A stretch of 44,439 bases of DNA from Gammaproteobacteria bacterium. GTDB taxonomy: Bacteria; Pseudomonadota; Gammaproteobacteria; Pseudomonadales; Litorivicinaceae. The translations under genes were made by a program, and so were the position numbers. The notes under the pieces are model-generated. The model was not told the DNA's origin. It ran no database searches and saw nothing but the letters and a program-made list of their open reading frames with translations. Below, one piece after another: positions 18,902 through 28,939 of the stretch (its first letter is position 1; every line of letters begins with the position of its first letter). The stretch spans positions 2,246 to 46,684 of the forward strand of contig PBZM01000004.1 in NCBI GenBank assembly GCA_002731015.1, given 5' to 3'.

Positions 18902-21631
18902 CTAGCTCCCTGCGTGATAAGCCTTTAAGACTATCGGATCTTGAATACGTTGTCTGATATAAGCCACGAACCGGTCTTTCGTTAGCGTCTCCAGTGCCTG
19001 AGCCCGCATCATCCGGTCGTTGAACGGTCTCCTTAAACCGATAGCACTCCATATAGTATTGGATAACTCCGCCTGCGTTGATGGTGGGTTCATGACTCGA
19101 TCAAGTAGACCTAAGCGTTGGCTCTCAAACTGTTCCGACGGCATGGATTCAACCATATCTGCAAATCTCCGAAACTCGGCTTCGATGGCCAGAGCCAGTT
19201 CATTGGGGTCAACCGTCGGCGACTGGACCGCTCCGGCCAGCACGGGTGTATTAAATAACGAAAACGCGGAAGCAAATGTAATGTAGCCCAGCTGCTTTTC
19301 TGTCCTTAGGCGTGTGTAAAACGGAGCCTCTATTAAATTGCCGGCTAGCTGGTTGAGTATTCGAGATGCTGGGTCCTTGTTTTGATCCACGTACAATACT
19401 ACGGCAGCTTGATCTGGATGCTGGTACTTGAAAATCCTCGATCGCTCACCTGGCCACGAACTGGCAGAGATTTCGACATCGGGTATGTTCCCATCGACAG
19501 GCAATCGGCTGACCCAGTCTAGTATTAGTACCTCGCCATCATCTCTTAAGATAGGCCCGTGCAAAAATACTTCTGTTTTAACGCCCGAGAAGAATGCTTT
19601 TTGGTACTCATGAAAAGTCACCCTGTCAATGCTCGCCAAGACCTCATTAAGTTCTGTCTGTGGGTAAGCTAGAAGCATGAGTTCGGATGTCATCTCGTCA
19701 AACAGACGGCCAGATGGCCGTTGCGTTTGAACACTCGCAAGGCTCTGTGATTTTAGTTGGTGTAGTCGAGTCCAAGTTGCCTCATCGACTAATGGGATAG
19801 GTAGTGTATCAAGAACGCGATCTACCAGAGGTATCAGTGAGTTATGAAAACCCGAAAATTCAAGCGAGATCCCAGATTGTGATGCTCGAGCGATGAATCC
19901 AACTCCAGCGAGAGCTGCCTCATAGCTCAGGCTGTTGAAGTGCTCATTGATCGCGTCTGCGAGAAGGTCACGCATGAGGGCCGCTTCTGGTGAGTTCGAT
20001 CCCAGAGGCGTCCTGAGCCGAATAAATAGATCGCTACGGGGCTGCCCATACCGGTTCTCGGTCAGGACATAACCCATCGCTCCATTTGCAATGAAAAGTG
20101 GATGCGGCTGGGTGTCTATCGTTGCTTTACGGACAGCTAAAAGTGGCTTACCGGGATCATTTATGAATGGATTTGGCCTTGGAAGTTCCACCACCGATGA
20201 GGACTCCGACCGGGCAGCCTTAAATCGAGTTAGCCGGTATTTTTCGAGAGAGAATCGATGAATGGGGGTCGGATAGTATCGAGTAACTTCACTTGGTTCG
20301 ACCTCGGGTGCAGTGACTCGCATGAGCATCTCTTCGGGCACTAACCAGGTTAGGATATCCTTCACTAACTTAGATTTATATTGAGTAAGCAGCCTGCCTC
20401 GCGTGAACAATTCGGGAGCCGGGACCCGATGCAACTTCTCAGAAAGATAGGTCACCAACGACTGGGGATCGGTCTCTTCCTCAAAACGGTAGTTAGCGTC
20501 AGCGATCGTCTTCAATTCGTCAAATCGCCATTGTTCTACGCCGTGTTGCTCGATGAGTCGAATGGTTTTAAAGATTTCCTCGACAATATGATCCCGATTA
20601 ACAAAGCCTTTTGCAGTCAGGCTTAGGCTTATCGAGAATGAGCGACTCTCGCCCATACCGATACTCTCACCTGCCACGAGACCATTGGCGTAACCCGCTT
20701 CTTTGAGATAGGTCAATAGGCTCGTTTCTCCCTCATGGCCGATCAAATGTCCGATGAACCTAAGGGTCCCAGATCCAATAAATGCGTCTGTATCAGGTAC
20801 AGGGAATAACAGTGTCAGTTGTCTTGCTTCGGTTAGTGGCCGAGAGTGAACCACATAAGGTAACCGTTCTCGATCGAACAGTGGTGTGTCCACCGCTCCT
20901 CTAGGAAGGCCATGGTTCGGAATATCAGCAAATCGTTCACGTACCATTATTTCTAGATCATCGAGTGATTCTTCCCCCAGAACCACCAGAGCCATTCGGT
21001 TGGCGGAATACTCACTGTCATAAAATGTTTTCAGGGCATCGAGTAGTCCCGGTTTTTTCAGTGTATCCAGGTTACCGGCACCGAACCGGGTGAGCGGATG
21101 TTTCGGATTCAGCCCCTGTTTAGTCGCCTCAAAACCGAGTCGCGCTGGATCACGCAACTTAGATTGGTACTCCGCATGCACCGCATTGATCTCTCGATCA
21201 ACATAGTCCGGGTCAAACGTTGGGGCTATGAAAAAACGACAGAACCTGTCGAGAGCTGGCGAGAGTGCTCTTGGATTCACAGAGAAGAAATAATTGGTAT
21301 GTTCGGGCGCTGTAAATGCGTTATTAGAGCCCGCTTGATTCGAAATAAACTGTTGGTAGTCCCCGGCATCGGGAAATTTATCTGTACCAAGGAATAGCAT
21401 GTGTTCGAGGAAGTGCGCGAGGCCAGGAAATTCTTCTGGATCATAATTTGTTCCAGTATGGACGTCCATTGAGGCGGCGGCTTTGTCAGTGCTTGGGTCT
21501 GAGATTAGTAGAACTTTAAGCTCATTCGCGAGAGTCAGATATCGATAGTCGCGATCGCTCAAACCCGGAGTTTCAATTGAAGCGCCCGAGAGTGTTGGGA
21601 GGAGCATAAGCACCAGAGCGATCAGTCGCAT
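18902..21631 (-). CDS. ptrA: M16A insulinase/pitrilysin-like periplasmic zinc peptidase
   Basis: Signal peptide MRLIALVLMLLPTLSGA, inverted zincin motif HFLEH, REINAVHAE and LRTEKQLGY. Start moved to ATG 21631, just after the upstream stop. Confidence 0.85.
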   Translation of the reverse strand: MRLIALVLMLLPTLSGASIETPGLSDRDYRYLTLANELKVLLISDPSTDKAAASMDVHTGTNYDPEEFPGLAHFLEHMLFLGTDKFPDAGDYQQFISNQAGSNNAFTAPEHTNYFFSVNPRALSPALDRFCRFFIAPTFDPDYVDREINAVHAEYQSKLRDPARLGFEATKQGLNPKHPLTRFGAGNLDTLKKPGLLDALKTFYDSEYSANRMALVVLGEESLDDLEIMVRERFADIPNHGLPRGAVDTPLFDRERLPYVVHSRPLTEARQLTLLFPVPDTDAFIGSGTLRFIGHLIGHEGETSLLTYLKEAGYANGLVAGESIGMGESRSFSISLSLTAKGFVNRDHIVEEIFKTIRLIEQHGVEQWRFDELKTIADANYRFEEETDPQSLVTYLSEKLHRVPAPELFTRGRLLTQYKSKLVKDILTWLVPEEMLMRVTAPEVEPSEVTRYYPTPIHRFSLEKYRLTRFKAARSESSSVVELPRPNPFINDPGKPLLAVRKATIDTQPHPLFIANGAMGYVLTENRYGQPRSDLFIRLRTPLGSNSPEAALMRDLLADAINEHFNSLSYEAALAGVGFIARASQSGISLEFSGFHNSLIPLVDRVLDTLPIPLVDEATWTRLHQLKSQSLASVQTQRPSGRLFDEMTSELMLLAYPQTELNEVLASIDRVTFHEYQKAFFSGVKTEVFLHGPILRDDGEVLILDWVSRLPVDGNIPDVEISASSWPGERSRIFKYQHPDQAAVVLYVDQNKDPASRILNQLAGNLIEAPFYTRLRTEKQLGYITFASAFSLFNTPVLAGAVQSPTVDPNELALAIEAEFRRFADMVESMPSEQFESQRLGLLDRVMNPPSTQAELSNTIWSAIGLRRPFNDRMMRAQALETLTKDRFVAYIRQRIQDPIVLKAYHAGS

Positions 21632-21632
21632 A

Positions 21633-22088
21633 TCACCACCAGTACCGGTTCCAGTTTTCAGGGTTCGCCCAAAACTTTGGGTTATTCCAAACGCGGACAT
21701 GATTGTAGCTGGCGAGGGAGTAGTGAAAACTGGACAATGAAGATGTTTTTTCTTGGCACTTCTCACCGCATTTAAATGCCAGAGCGTAAAGTGCCTCTGG
21801 GGCCAGCTTATGACTGGCGAAACATAGGATATCAGCGATAAGTAGGTTGCGTAGCTGTCCCGCGACCAATAGGTCTTTTTCCGTTATCAAAGGCTGAGCG
21901 ACTAGGGCTGCCTCTGGCATTTCATGACTCGAGCAAATCTCAGCGGGATTAAGGACAGCTACCTCGTTGGCAGCATGAGCTTTATAGTCACCAACCACAG
22001 ACGGGGAACTTGTGCCAATGACCCACAGCCGCTTTGGTTGAACGGCCTCAAGCCAGGGTGCAATGATCGAGTCTGGAGAGAGCGTCAA
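21633..22088 (-). CDS. Conserved hypothetical protein (DUF6231-like)
   Basis: Aromatic C-terminus YSLASYN....WNNPKFWANPENW.RYWW resembles my recollection of this family. Overlaps the yaaA stop. Confidence 0.65.
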   Translation of the reverse strand: MTLSPDSIIAPWLEAVQPKRLWVIGTSSPSVVGDYKAHAANEVAVLNPAEICSSHEMPEAALVAQPLITEKDLLVAGQLRNLLIADILCFASHKLAPEALYALAFKCGEKCQEKTSSLSSFHYSLASYNHVRVWNNPKFWANPENWNRYWW

Positions 22089-22855
22089 CGCGCCTCCGGA
22101 TCACGGATGAAGCACGGCGAATCTGGGTTTGAAAATGCTGGGGCAAACGTATAGCCGTCATAGTCAAAACTATAAAGATCATCAACCGACTGAGCATCTG
22201 TTTCAACAATGAATCGCGCCATTAAACCGCGGGCCCGTTTGGCGTAAAAACTTATAATCTTGTAGTCCCCATTCTTCAGGTCTTTAAAGACAGGTGAGAT
22301 CACTGGAGCCTCTATCGATTTCAGGTCTACCGCTGCGGAATACTCGTTACTAGCCAGATTGACAAGGGGACGCCCAATAAGAAGATCGTTTAATGCGCTG
22401 GTCACATTTGCCTTCCAAAAATCGGGAAGTGATTGAATGGTTTTGCCTTTCAACTTAGTGCCCATCTCAAGTCGATAGGGACGCAACGCATCAAAAGGCC
22501 TCAACAGCCCATAGAGACCCGATAATATGCGCACGCTGTCTGCGAGTCTGGCGAGCGCCCCAGCGTCGAGTGTTTGCACGTCAAGGCCTCGGTAAACGTC
22601 GCCGTTGAAAGCGAAGATCGCTGGTAGTAACCCATCAACCTCATGATTCGGTGTCCATTCCTCGAAACGCGCGGCGTTCAGAGCCGACAGCTTGTCCGAT
22701 AACTTCATCACACCGGCAAGCTCTGATGGACTGAACTCTCGCATCAATCCTGCAAGTTTCGTTGCTTGGTCGAGGAACTGTGGTGTCGTCGTACCTGAAT
22801 AATCGACACTCAGATTGGTATTCAGTGATTTGGCTGGCGATAAAATTGCTAACAT
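22085..22855 (-). CDS. yaaA: Peroxide stress protein YaaA (UPF0246)
   Basis: ILSPAKSL, F.GDVY.GL, ILSGLYGLLRP.D...PYRLEMG, NLASNEY and ISFYAKRARG. Confidence 0.96.
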   Translation of the reverse strand: MLAILSPAKSLNTNLSVDYSGTTTPQFLDQATKLAGLMREFSPSELAGVMKLSDKLSALNAARFEEWTPNHEVDGLLPAIFAFNGDVYRGLDVQTLDAGALARLADSVRILSGLYGLLRPFDALRPYRLEMGTKLKGKTIQSLPDFWKANVTSALNDLLIGRPLVNLASNEYSAAVDLKSIEAPVISPVFKDLKNGDYKIISFYAKRARGLMARFIVETDAQSVDDLYSFDYDGYTFAPAFSNPDSPCFIRDPEAR

Positions 22856-22916
22856 TGGTCCCTCTTTTCCTTGCGTCGGTCCGGATGAAACTGGACACTG
22901 TCTTTAGATGTAATAT

Positions 22917-24389
22917 TTGGACAAATGGACTGTGATCCAAGTCACCCCTGAAATTGCGGCCGGACAATTTTTCGACGAGCTGATAAAAGCAGACGGTCGA
23001 GCGAGACCCGGTGCGGATAGTTTACTGAATTTTTTGAAAGACCTCTCGCCGGAAGTACTATCTGAAAAAAGAATGGCGCTGGAGGCCGCCATCAAAAGCC
23101 AAGGCATATCCTTTTTGGTCTATTCTGATTCGATGAATATTGATCGATCGTGGCCCTTGGATTTAGTTCCGAGGGTAATGCGCGCATCAGAATGGCTTCA
23201 TACCGAAAGGGGTCTGAAGCAACGTCTTGAAGCGCTTAATCTATTTCTAAATGATGTATATAACGATCAGTTGGTTATCAGGGACGGGATCGTTCCAGAA
23301 GAGCTCGTTACAGCGAGTCCTCATTTTATCGAGCTAGCGCGCGGCGTCCGTCCGCCGTTTGATACGTGGGCTCATATCTGTGGATCTGACCTCGTTAGAG
23401 ATCACACGGGTAAATTATTTGTCCTTGAAGACAACCTACGTGTGCCTAGCGGGGTTTCCTATATGCTTGAAAACCGGTCGGTTATGAAACAGGTATATCC
23501 TGAGCTCTTTCGTAACCACCAAATTCTACCGGTAAGTCAATACGCGTCTGACCTTCTCGATATGTTGAACGCGTTATCGCCTAGGCCCGTTGATCACCCT
23601 GTGATCGTTGTATTGACCCCGGGCATATATAACTCTGCCTACTTTGAACATAGCTATCTAGCGCAGCAGGTTGGCGCCGAGCTTGTACAAGGATCAGATT
23701 TGTTCGTGGACACCGACGACTGTGTTTACATGAAAGCGGTGGAGGGTGTTAGTCGTGTAGATGTGATCTATAGGCGCATCGACGATACGTTTCTAGACCC
23801 GGAATCGCTGAATCCAGACTCTGTACTAGGGGTGCCTGGACTTTTGCGAGCATGGCGGGCAGGCAAGGTCGCCATCGCCAACGCACCAGGGAGTGGTGTC
23901 GCGGATGACAAGGTGCTCTATGCGTACGTACCTGAAATCATCCGATACTACTTGGGTGAAGAACCTCTGTTGCAAAACGTACCGACCTACCTTTGCTCAG
24001 ATCCGGAACAGCGAGCCTATGTCCTCGATCATATGGATGAATTGGTCGTAAAACCGGCTGATGCATCGGGTGGTTATGGAATCATTGTCGGGCCCCATGC
24101 GACGGATGAGGACTTGGTAGCCCGTCGGGCAGCGGTTCTCGAGAATCCGCGAGTCTGGATCGCTCAGCCGACGCTTGCTATTTCGACTACCTTAACTGTC
24201 ACTGATGTTGGTGACCTGGCGCCGCGCCACGTCGATCTCCGGCCTTTTGTGCTCCAAAGCTCGGATCAGTGGTGCTCGACGGGCGGACTTTGCAGAGTTG
24301 CACTTAAAGAGGGTTCATTGGTGGTGAACTCGTCACAGGGTGGTGGGTCGAAGGACTTTTGGGTGGTTGCGGATGAGGGTCTCGTCTGA
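22917..24389 (+). CDS. Circularly permuted type 2 ATP-grasp protein
   Basis: VLEDNLRVPSGVSYMLENR, LTPGIYNSAYFEH, RVDVIYRRIDD, SGGYG, HVDLRPF and VVNSSQGGGSKD. Confidence 0.93.
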   Translation: MDKWTVIQVTPEIAAGQFFDELIKADGRARPGADSLLNFLKDLSPEVLSEKRMALEAAIKSQGISFLVYSDSMNIDRSWPLDLVPRVMRASEWLHTERGLKQRLEALNLFLNDVYNDQLVIRDGIVPEELVTASPHFIELARGVRPPFDTWAHICGSDLVRDHTGKLFVLEDNLRVPSGVSYMLENRSVMKQVYPELFRNHQILPVSQYASDLLDMLNALSPRPVDHPVIVVLTPGIYNSAYFEHSYLAQQVGAELVQGSDLFVDTDDCVYMKAVEGVSRVDVIYRRIDDTFLDPESLNPDSVLGVPGLLRAWRAGKVAIANAPGSGVADDKVLYAYVPEIIRYYLGEEPLLQNVPTYLCSDPEQRAYVLDHMDELVVKPADASGGYGIIVGPHATDEDLVARRAAVLENPRVWIAQPTLAISTTLTVTDVGDLAPRHVDLRPFVLQSSDQWCSTGGLCRVALKEGSLVVNSSQGGGSKDFWVVADEGLV

Positions 24390-25318
24390 TGCTCTCTAGG
24401 GTGGCGGAGCATTTGTATTGGTTAGCACGTTACATTGAGCGTGCTGAAGCCACTGCCCGACTAGCTATCGCCGCATCGGACACAATCCTAGATCTGCCTG
24501 ACGGTGTTCCTTATGACTGGGAGTCCTTGATGCAAGTTTTTGGGTCCGGTGATTCTGGTCCAGGTATTTCTGAGGCCGAGGTCATGGAACAGCTCGTTCT
24601 GAGTCTTGAACATCCGGGCTCAATACGCGCCTCCATTGCATCGGCCAGAGAAAACGCGCGGGTCACTCGTGACCTGATTCCAAAGGATGCCTGGATTGCT
24701 TTGAACGAATTACACGGTTTCATCGAACGGCAATCATTCGCAGGGTTTGATCGATCCACTCGGATCCGGTTACTCAAGCAAGTGATCTCGAATTGTCGAC
24801 TCTGGCATGGGTGCTTGGTGGCAAGTCAGGCGCCGGACCTTGGCTCTTTATTTTTGCGTCTCGGTGACCGTTTGGAACATGCTGATATGGTGTCCCGATT
24901 GGTTGACCCCCGCGTCACACAGATGGTTCCCGGTGTTCCCACCCGCTGGAGTAGCTATGAGTCTATTGGGTGGCAAAATTTATTGTTAGCTCTAGGCGGT
25001 GTCGAGCTATATCGTCACAGTGCGCGCAATCGAATGCGTGGCATTGATGTTTTGGATTTTGTTTTGCGAGATAACAACTTTCCGCAGTCGATGGTGGCAG
25101 CACTTGCACAAGTGGACCGCTTATTGACTCAATTACCGCATCAACGTGTGTCAACAGACTTGTTGGATACTATTGTTGATGGTCTAAAAAAAATGGATCT
25201 AAAATGTTTGACTCCAGACCTTCTTACACAAAGTATGGATTGGATTCAGCAGGGACTGGTTACATTGCATGGAAACATCAGCTCGGAATATTTCTTTTTC
25301 CAACCGAACAATCGCTAA
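24389..25318 (+). CDS. Alpha-E domain protein (DUF403)
   Basis: MLSRVAEHLYWLARYIERAE..AR and ARENAR..R; TGATG coupling to the ATP-grasp gene. Confidence 0.92.
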   Translation: MLSRVAEHLYWLARYIERAEATARLAIAASDTILDLPDGVPYDWESLMQVFGSGDSGPGISEAEVMEQLVLSLEHPGSIRASIASARENARVTRDLIPKDAWIALNELHGFIERQSFAGFDRSTRIRLLKQVISNCRLWHGCLVASQAPDLGSLFLRLGDRLEHADMVSRLVDPRVTQMVPGVPTRWSSYESIGWQNLLLALGGVELYRHSARNRMRGIDVLDFVLRDNNFPQSMVAALAQVDRLLTQLPHQRVSTDLLDTIVDGLKKMDLKCLTPDLLTQSMDWIQQGLVTLHGNISSEYFFFQPNNR

Positions 25319-25380
25319 TGCGTGGGTTTGCAGGAGGGAATGTTGTATTCTTCAGGCATTCTTGGGGATGAGTTTCTAAT

Positions 25381-26940
25381 TTGACTGAGTCGGTTGCAAA
25401 TACGAAACGTTTGTCTGCTTCGTCGAGGCAGTGCCTAAGTGTGCGTGGGCTGACAAAATATTTTGGCGATTTTGCTGCTAATAGAGGGGTCGATTTGTCT
25501 GTCGATCAGGGCGAGATCCATGCGTTGCTCGGTGAGAATGGCGCGGGTAAATCTACCCTCGTTAAGATGGTTTATGGGGTTTTGAGGCCTGATTCTGGTG
25601 ATATGGAACTCCACTCAGAACCACATTCGCCCGATGACCCAAGTCATGCGAAGCGTGCCGGTGTTGGCATGGTTTTTCAACACTTTGCGGTTTTTGATGC
25701 TCTGACTGTTCTAGAAAATATCGCCCTCGGCTTGGAGGGGCGTTATCCCGGTGCAGAACTAGCCGCTGATATTTTAGAACTTTGCGAGCGCTACGGGCTA
25801 CATGTTGAATTAAGTCGTCGGGTGCATGATCTAGGTGCCGGAGAAAGGCAGCGCGTGGAAATCATCCGGGTCCTGATGCAAGATCCGCGTTTATTGATCC
25901 TCGATGAGCCCACCTCGGTATTGACGCCACAAGAGACAGAACAACTGTTTGCAACACTCGGTCGACTCTCTGATGAAGGACGCTCAATTATTTACATTTC
26001 ACACAAACTCGAGGAGGTGAGAGTGTTGTGTGACCGAGCTACGTTGATGCGTGCGGGCAAAATTATAGATGTAGTCGATCCGAGGCAAGAGAGTACTCGC
26101 TCCCTCGGTGAAAAAATGATCGGTGAGCGTTTGAAGGACACAAAACGCAGCAAGGTTAAAAAGTCATCGGATTCAAAACCTCGTCTCACAGTGCGAGTGG
26201 GTGATGTGTATCCAGATTCTATTAGAAGTGTTGCGCTGAGTGATCTGTATTTATCAGTTGCCCCTGGCTCGATCCTCGGTATATCTGGTGTCGCTGGAAA
26301 TGGTCAAGATACGCTATTTGATGTTCTTTCTGGGGAGGTTACCTTACCCAATCCCGACAGTATTATGCTTGACGATACGCCAATCGGACGCATGGGCGTA
26401 GAGCAGCGCAGGATTTTGGGTCTGCTGGGCGCTCCGGAAAATCGTTTGGGACATGCTGCTGTCCCTGACTTAACGCTGTGGGAGAACATTATTCTAACTG
26501 CTCGGCATACTCGCGGTATCCTGAAAAATAAGCATTTGATTAGTGGTCCGGCGGCCAAGGGGTTTGCTGATGAAGTGATTCAGACGTTCGACGTGAGAAC
26601 ATCGTCCGTCAATGCAAAGGCGTCTAGCTTGTCAGGTGGTAACTTGCAGAAGTTTCTTATCGGGCGTGAGTTATTGGGTAACCCCAAGGTTTTCATAGTA
26701 TCGAATCCGACCTGGGGAGTTGATGCAAAAGCACAGCTTTTTATTCACGAAATGCTTATTAAGATGGCTGACGCCGGTGCTTCGATTGTTATGATAAGTC
26801 AGGATATTGACGAGCTGTTGTCTGTCAGCGACCGTATTTGCGCGATTTGTCATGGTCGTTTGAGCCGAACTTATCCAACCGAAGAGACAACCCCCGATTA
26901 TTTAGGTGCACTGATGCTTGGTCAGGAAGTTGAATCGTGA
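25381..26940 (+). CDS. Nucleoside/purine ABC transporter ATP-binding protein (tandem domains)
   Basis: LLGENGAGKSTL, GMVFQHF, ILDEPTSVLTPQE, LSGGNLQKF and PTWGVD. Confidence 0.92.
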   Translation: MTESVANTKRLSASSRQCLSVRGLTKYFGDFAANRGVDLSVDQGEIHALLGENGAGKSTLVKMVYGVLRPDSGDMELHSEPHSPDDPSHAKRAGVGMVFQHFAVFDALTVLENIALGLEGRYPGAELAADILELCERYGLHVELSRRVHDLGAGERQRVEIIRVLMQDPRLLILDEPTSVLTPQETEQLFATLGRLSDEGRSIIYISHKLEEVRVLCDRATLMRAGKIIDVVDPRQESTRSLGEKMIGERLKDTKRSKVKKSSDSKPRLTVRVGDVYPDSIRSVALSDLYLSVAPGSILGISGVAGNGQDTLFDVLSGEVTLPNPDSIMLDDTPIGRMGVEQRRILGLLGAPENRLGHAAVPDLTLWENIILTARHTRGILKNKHLISGPAAKGFADEVIQTFDVRTSSVNAKASSLSGGNLQKFLIGRELLGNPKVFIVSNPTWGVDAKAQLFIHEMLIKMADAGASIVMISQDIDELLSVSDRICAICHGRLSRTYPTEETTPDYLGALMLGQEVES

Positions 26941-27998
26941 TCTTCGTTGAGGCTCGCTCCGAGACACATTGGTACCACGAATGGGTTGCTGTATTTGCTG
27001 CCTTGAGTCTGACCGTGGTTACGGCGTCAATTCTTCTTGCTGTTATGGGACTCGAACCAGTTTCGAGCCTCCAGAGGATCTTCATAAGGCCTCTTAACTC
27101 GGTCTATGGAGTGAGTGAACTGATTGCGAAGGCCACCCCACTCATTACGATTGGCGTTGCCTTGGCGCTTGGTTTCCGAGCAGGTGTTTGGAACATCGGC
27201 GCTGAGGGTCAACTGGTGATGGGAGGGCTGTGTGGCGGTGCTGTGGCTCTTGGTTTTTGGGGAATTGATGGGTTTTGGGTTATGCCGCTCGTGTTGTTGG
27301 GCGGGAGTCTTGGTGGCCTGCTGTGGGGTGCGATTCCAGCATTCTTAAAGGTTCGATTTAATGCGAACGAGATATTGGTGTCGTTGATGCTGACCTATGT
27401 CGCGATTTTGTTGCTCAGCGTGATGGTGCATGGACCGCTTCGAGATCCAGACGGGTTTAATTTTCCTGAAAGTCGGCTGCTCCACGAGGCGGCGACGTTA
27501 CCAAAATTATTTCCCGCAGGTAGAGGTCATTTCGGATTTATCTTTGCAATTTTCTTTGCATTACTTGGGACATGGATCGTCAAGCGCTGGCACTTGGGAT
27601 TCGAAATGCGAGTTACGGGACTCTCTCTGAATGCCGCAAGGTTCGCCGGTTATAGCCGTGATCGAACGATTTGGACGGCGTTACTTATCGGTGGTGCTGT
27701 TAGCGGATTTGCGGGCGTAGTTGAGGTTACCGGAAATATCGGACAACTGGTGCCGAATATTTCACCGTCCTACGGATTTACAGCGATCATTGTGGCGTTT
27801 CTTGCGAGACTTCATCCAATGGCAGTAATCCCAGCCGGTCTCTTAGTGGCTTTATCCTATTTGGCTGGGGAGGCCGCACAGCTGTCACTGGGTATTCCTG
27901 CTGCCAGCACACAAGTATTTCAGGGTTTGTTATTATTTTTCTTACTCGGAACATCACTGCTGGTGAATTATCGCGTTCGCTTTGGGCGGGCAACCTGA
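26937..27998 (+). CDS. Nucleoside/purine ABC transporter permease
   Basis: WNIGAEGQ, NEILVSLML.YVA and YGFTAIIVAFL. Confidence 0.9.
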   Translation: MIFVEARSETHWYHEWVAVFAALSLTVVTASILLAVMGLEPVSSLQRIFIRPLNSVYGVSELIAKATPLITIGVALALGFRAGVWNIGAEGQLVMGGLCGGAVALGFWGIDGFWVMPLVLLGGSLGGLLWGAIPAFLKVRFNANEILVSLMLTYVAILLLSVMVHGPLRDPDGFNFPESRLLHEAATLPKLFPAGRGHFGFIFAIFFALLGTWIVKRWHLGFEMRVTGLSLNAARFAGYSRDRTIWTALLIGGAVSGFAGVVEVTGNIGQLVPNISPSYGFTAIIVAFLARLHPMAVIPAGLLVALSYLAGEAAQLSLGIPAASTQVFQGLLLFFLLGTSLLVNYRVRFGRAT

Positions 27999-28921
27999 TG
28001 GATTACGGATTACTGTCATCAATTCTGCACGCGGTATTGGTCGCCTCTACGCCACTGGTATTTGCTGGTTTGGGTGCATTGATTCAAGAACGGGCTGGTG
28101 TTTTGAATCTGGGTATTGAGGGCCTAATGATTGTGGGGGCTTTGGCCGGTTTTGCGACAGCGCTCTCGGGTTTCCCACTATTAATTTCTATCATAGCTGC
28201 CGCTCTAGCAGGTGCTTTGCTGGCATCAATTTTCGCTCTGCTCGTGTTGAGATTGTATGCGAATCCAGTTGCTACCGGGCTTGCCTTGACGCTTTTTGGC
28301 CTTGGCTTGAGTGCACTGGCGGGTGCTCAATATGTGGGTCAGGCTGCACCTCAAGTCGATGCATGGAATATTCCAATATTGAGTCATTTACCAATAGCAG
28401 GTCATGCGCTCTTTTCTCACGATCCACTTGTTTATTTGTCCATCTCTCTAGCTGTTTTAATGTGGTGGTTTATTACAAAATCACGCGCGGGCTTGATCCT
28501 TCGGGCAGTTGGTGAGAATCACTCCGCAGCCCATGCCCTTGGATTTTCGGTGACGAGAATTCGTTTTTTAGCCATAATCACTGGTGGTGCGCTTGCCGGG
28601 ATTGGTGGTTCGTACCTAACGCTTGTCCAGACGCCACTTTTCGTCGAAGGCATGACAGCAGGCCGGGGTTGGATTGCACTGGCGCTTGTGGTGTTTGCTT
28701 CTTGGCGTCCGCTACGGGTGATTGTTGGGGCCTATCTGTTTGGTAGTGTCTCTATTATCCAGTTGCACGGTCAGGCGCTTGGTGTTTCTGTGGCCTCTCA
28801 GTGGTTGTCAATGTTGCCATATCTGGTCACTATTGGGGCGCTAGTAATTATCGCTGGGCGAGGAAATTTTTCGCACAAGGCTCCTGGATCATTGGGAGTC
28901 ACTTTTAGAGAGAGTAAATGA
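27998..28921 (+). CDS. Nucleoside/purine ABC transporter permease
   Basis: ERAGVLNLGIEG, RAVGEN, AGRGWIALALVVF and MLPYLVTI. Confidence 0.9.
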   Translation: MDYGLLSSILHAVLVASTPLVFAGLGALIQERAGVLNLGIEGLMIVGALAGFATALSGFPLLISIIAAALAGALLASIFALLVLRLYANPVATGLALTLFGLGLSALAGAQYVGQAAPQVDAWNIPILSHLPIAGHALFSHDPLVYLSISLAVLMWWFITKSRAGLILRAVGENHSAAHALGFSVTRIRFLAIITGGALAGIGGSYLTLVQTPLFVEGMTAGRGWIALALVVFASWRPLRVIVGAYLFGSVSIIQLHGQALGVSVASQWLSMLPYLVTIGALVIIAGRGNFSHKAPGSLGVTFRESK

Positions 28922-28939
28922 GGAACGGTGGAACTACCC

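Noticed and set aside
21632-21766. N-terminal extension of the peptidase ORF (similar extensions on groES, fxsA, SDR, xdhC and guaD)
   Set aside because: These are longest-ORF artefacts that overlap neighbouring genes or leaders; downstream starts fit RBS, signal peptide or family length better.
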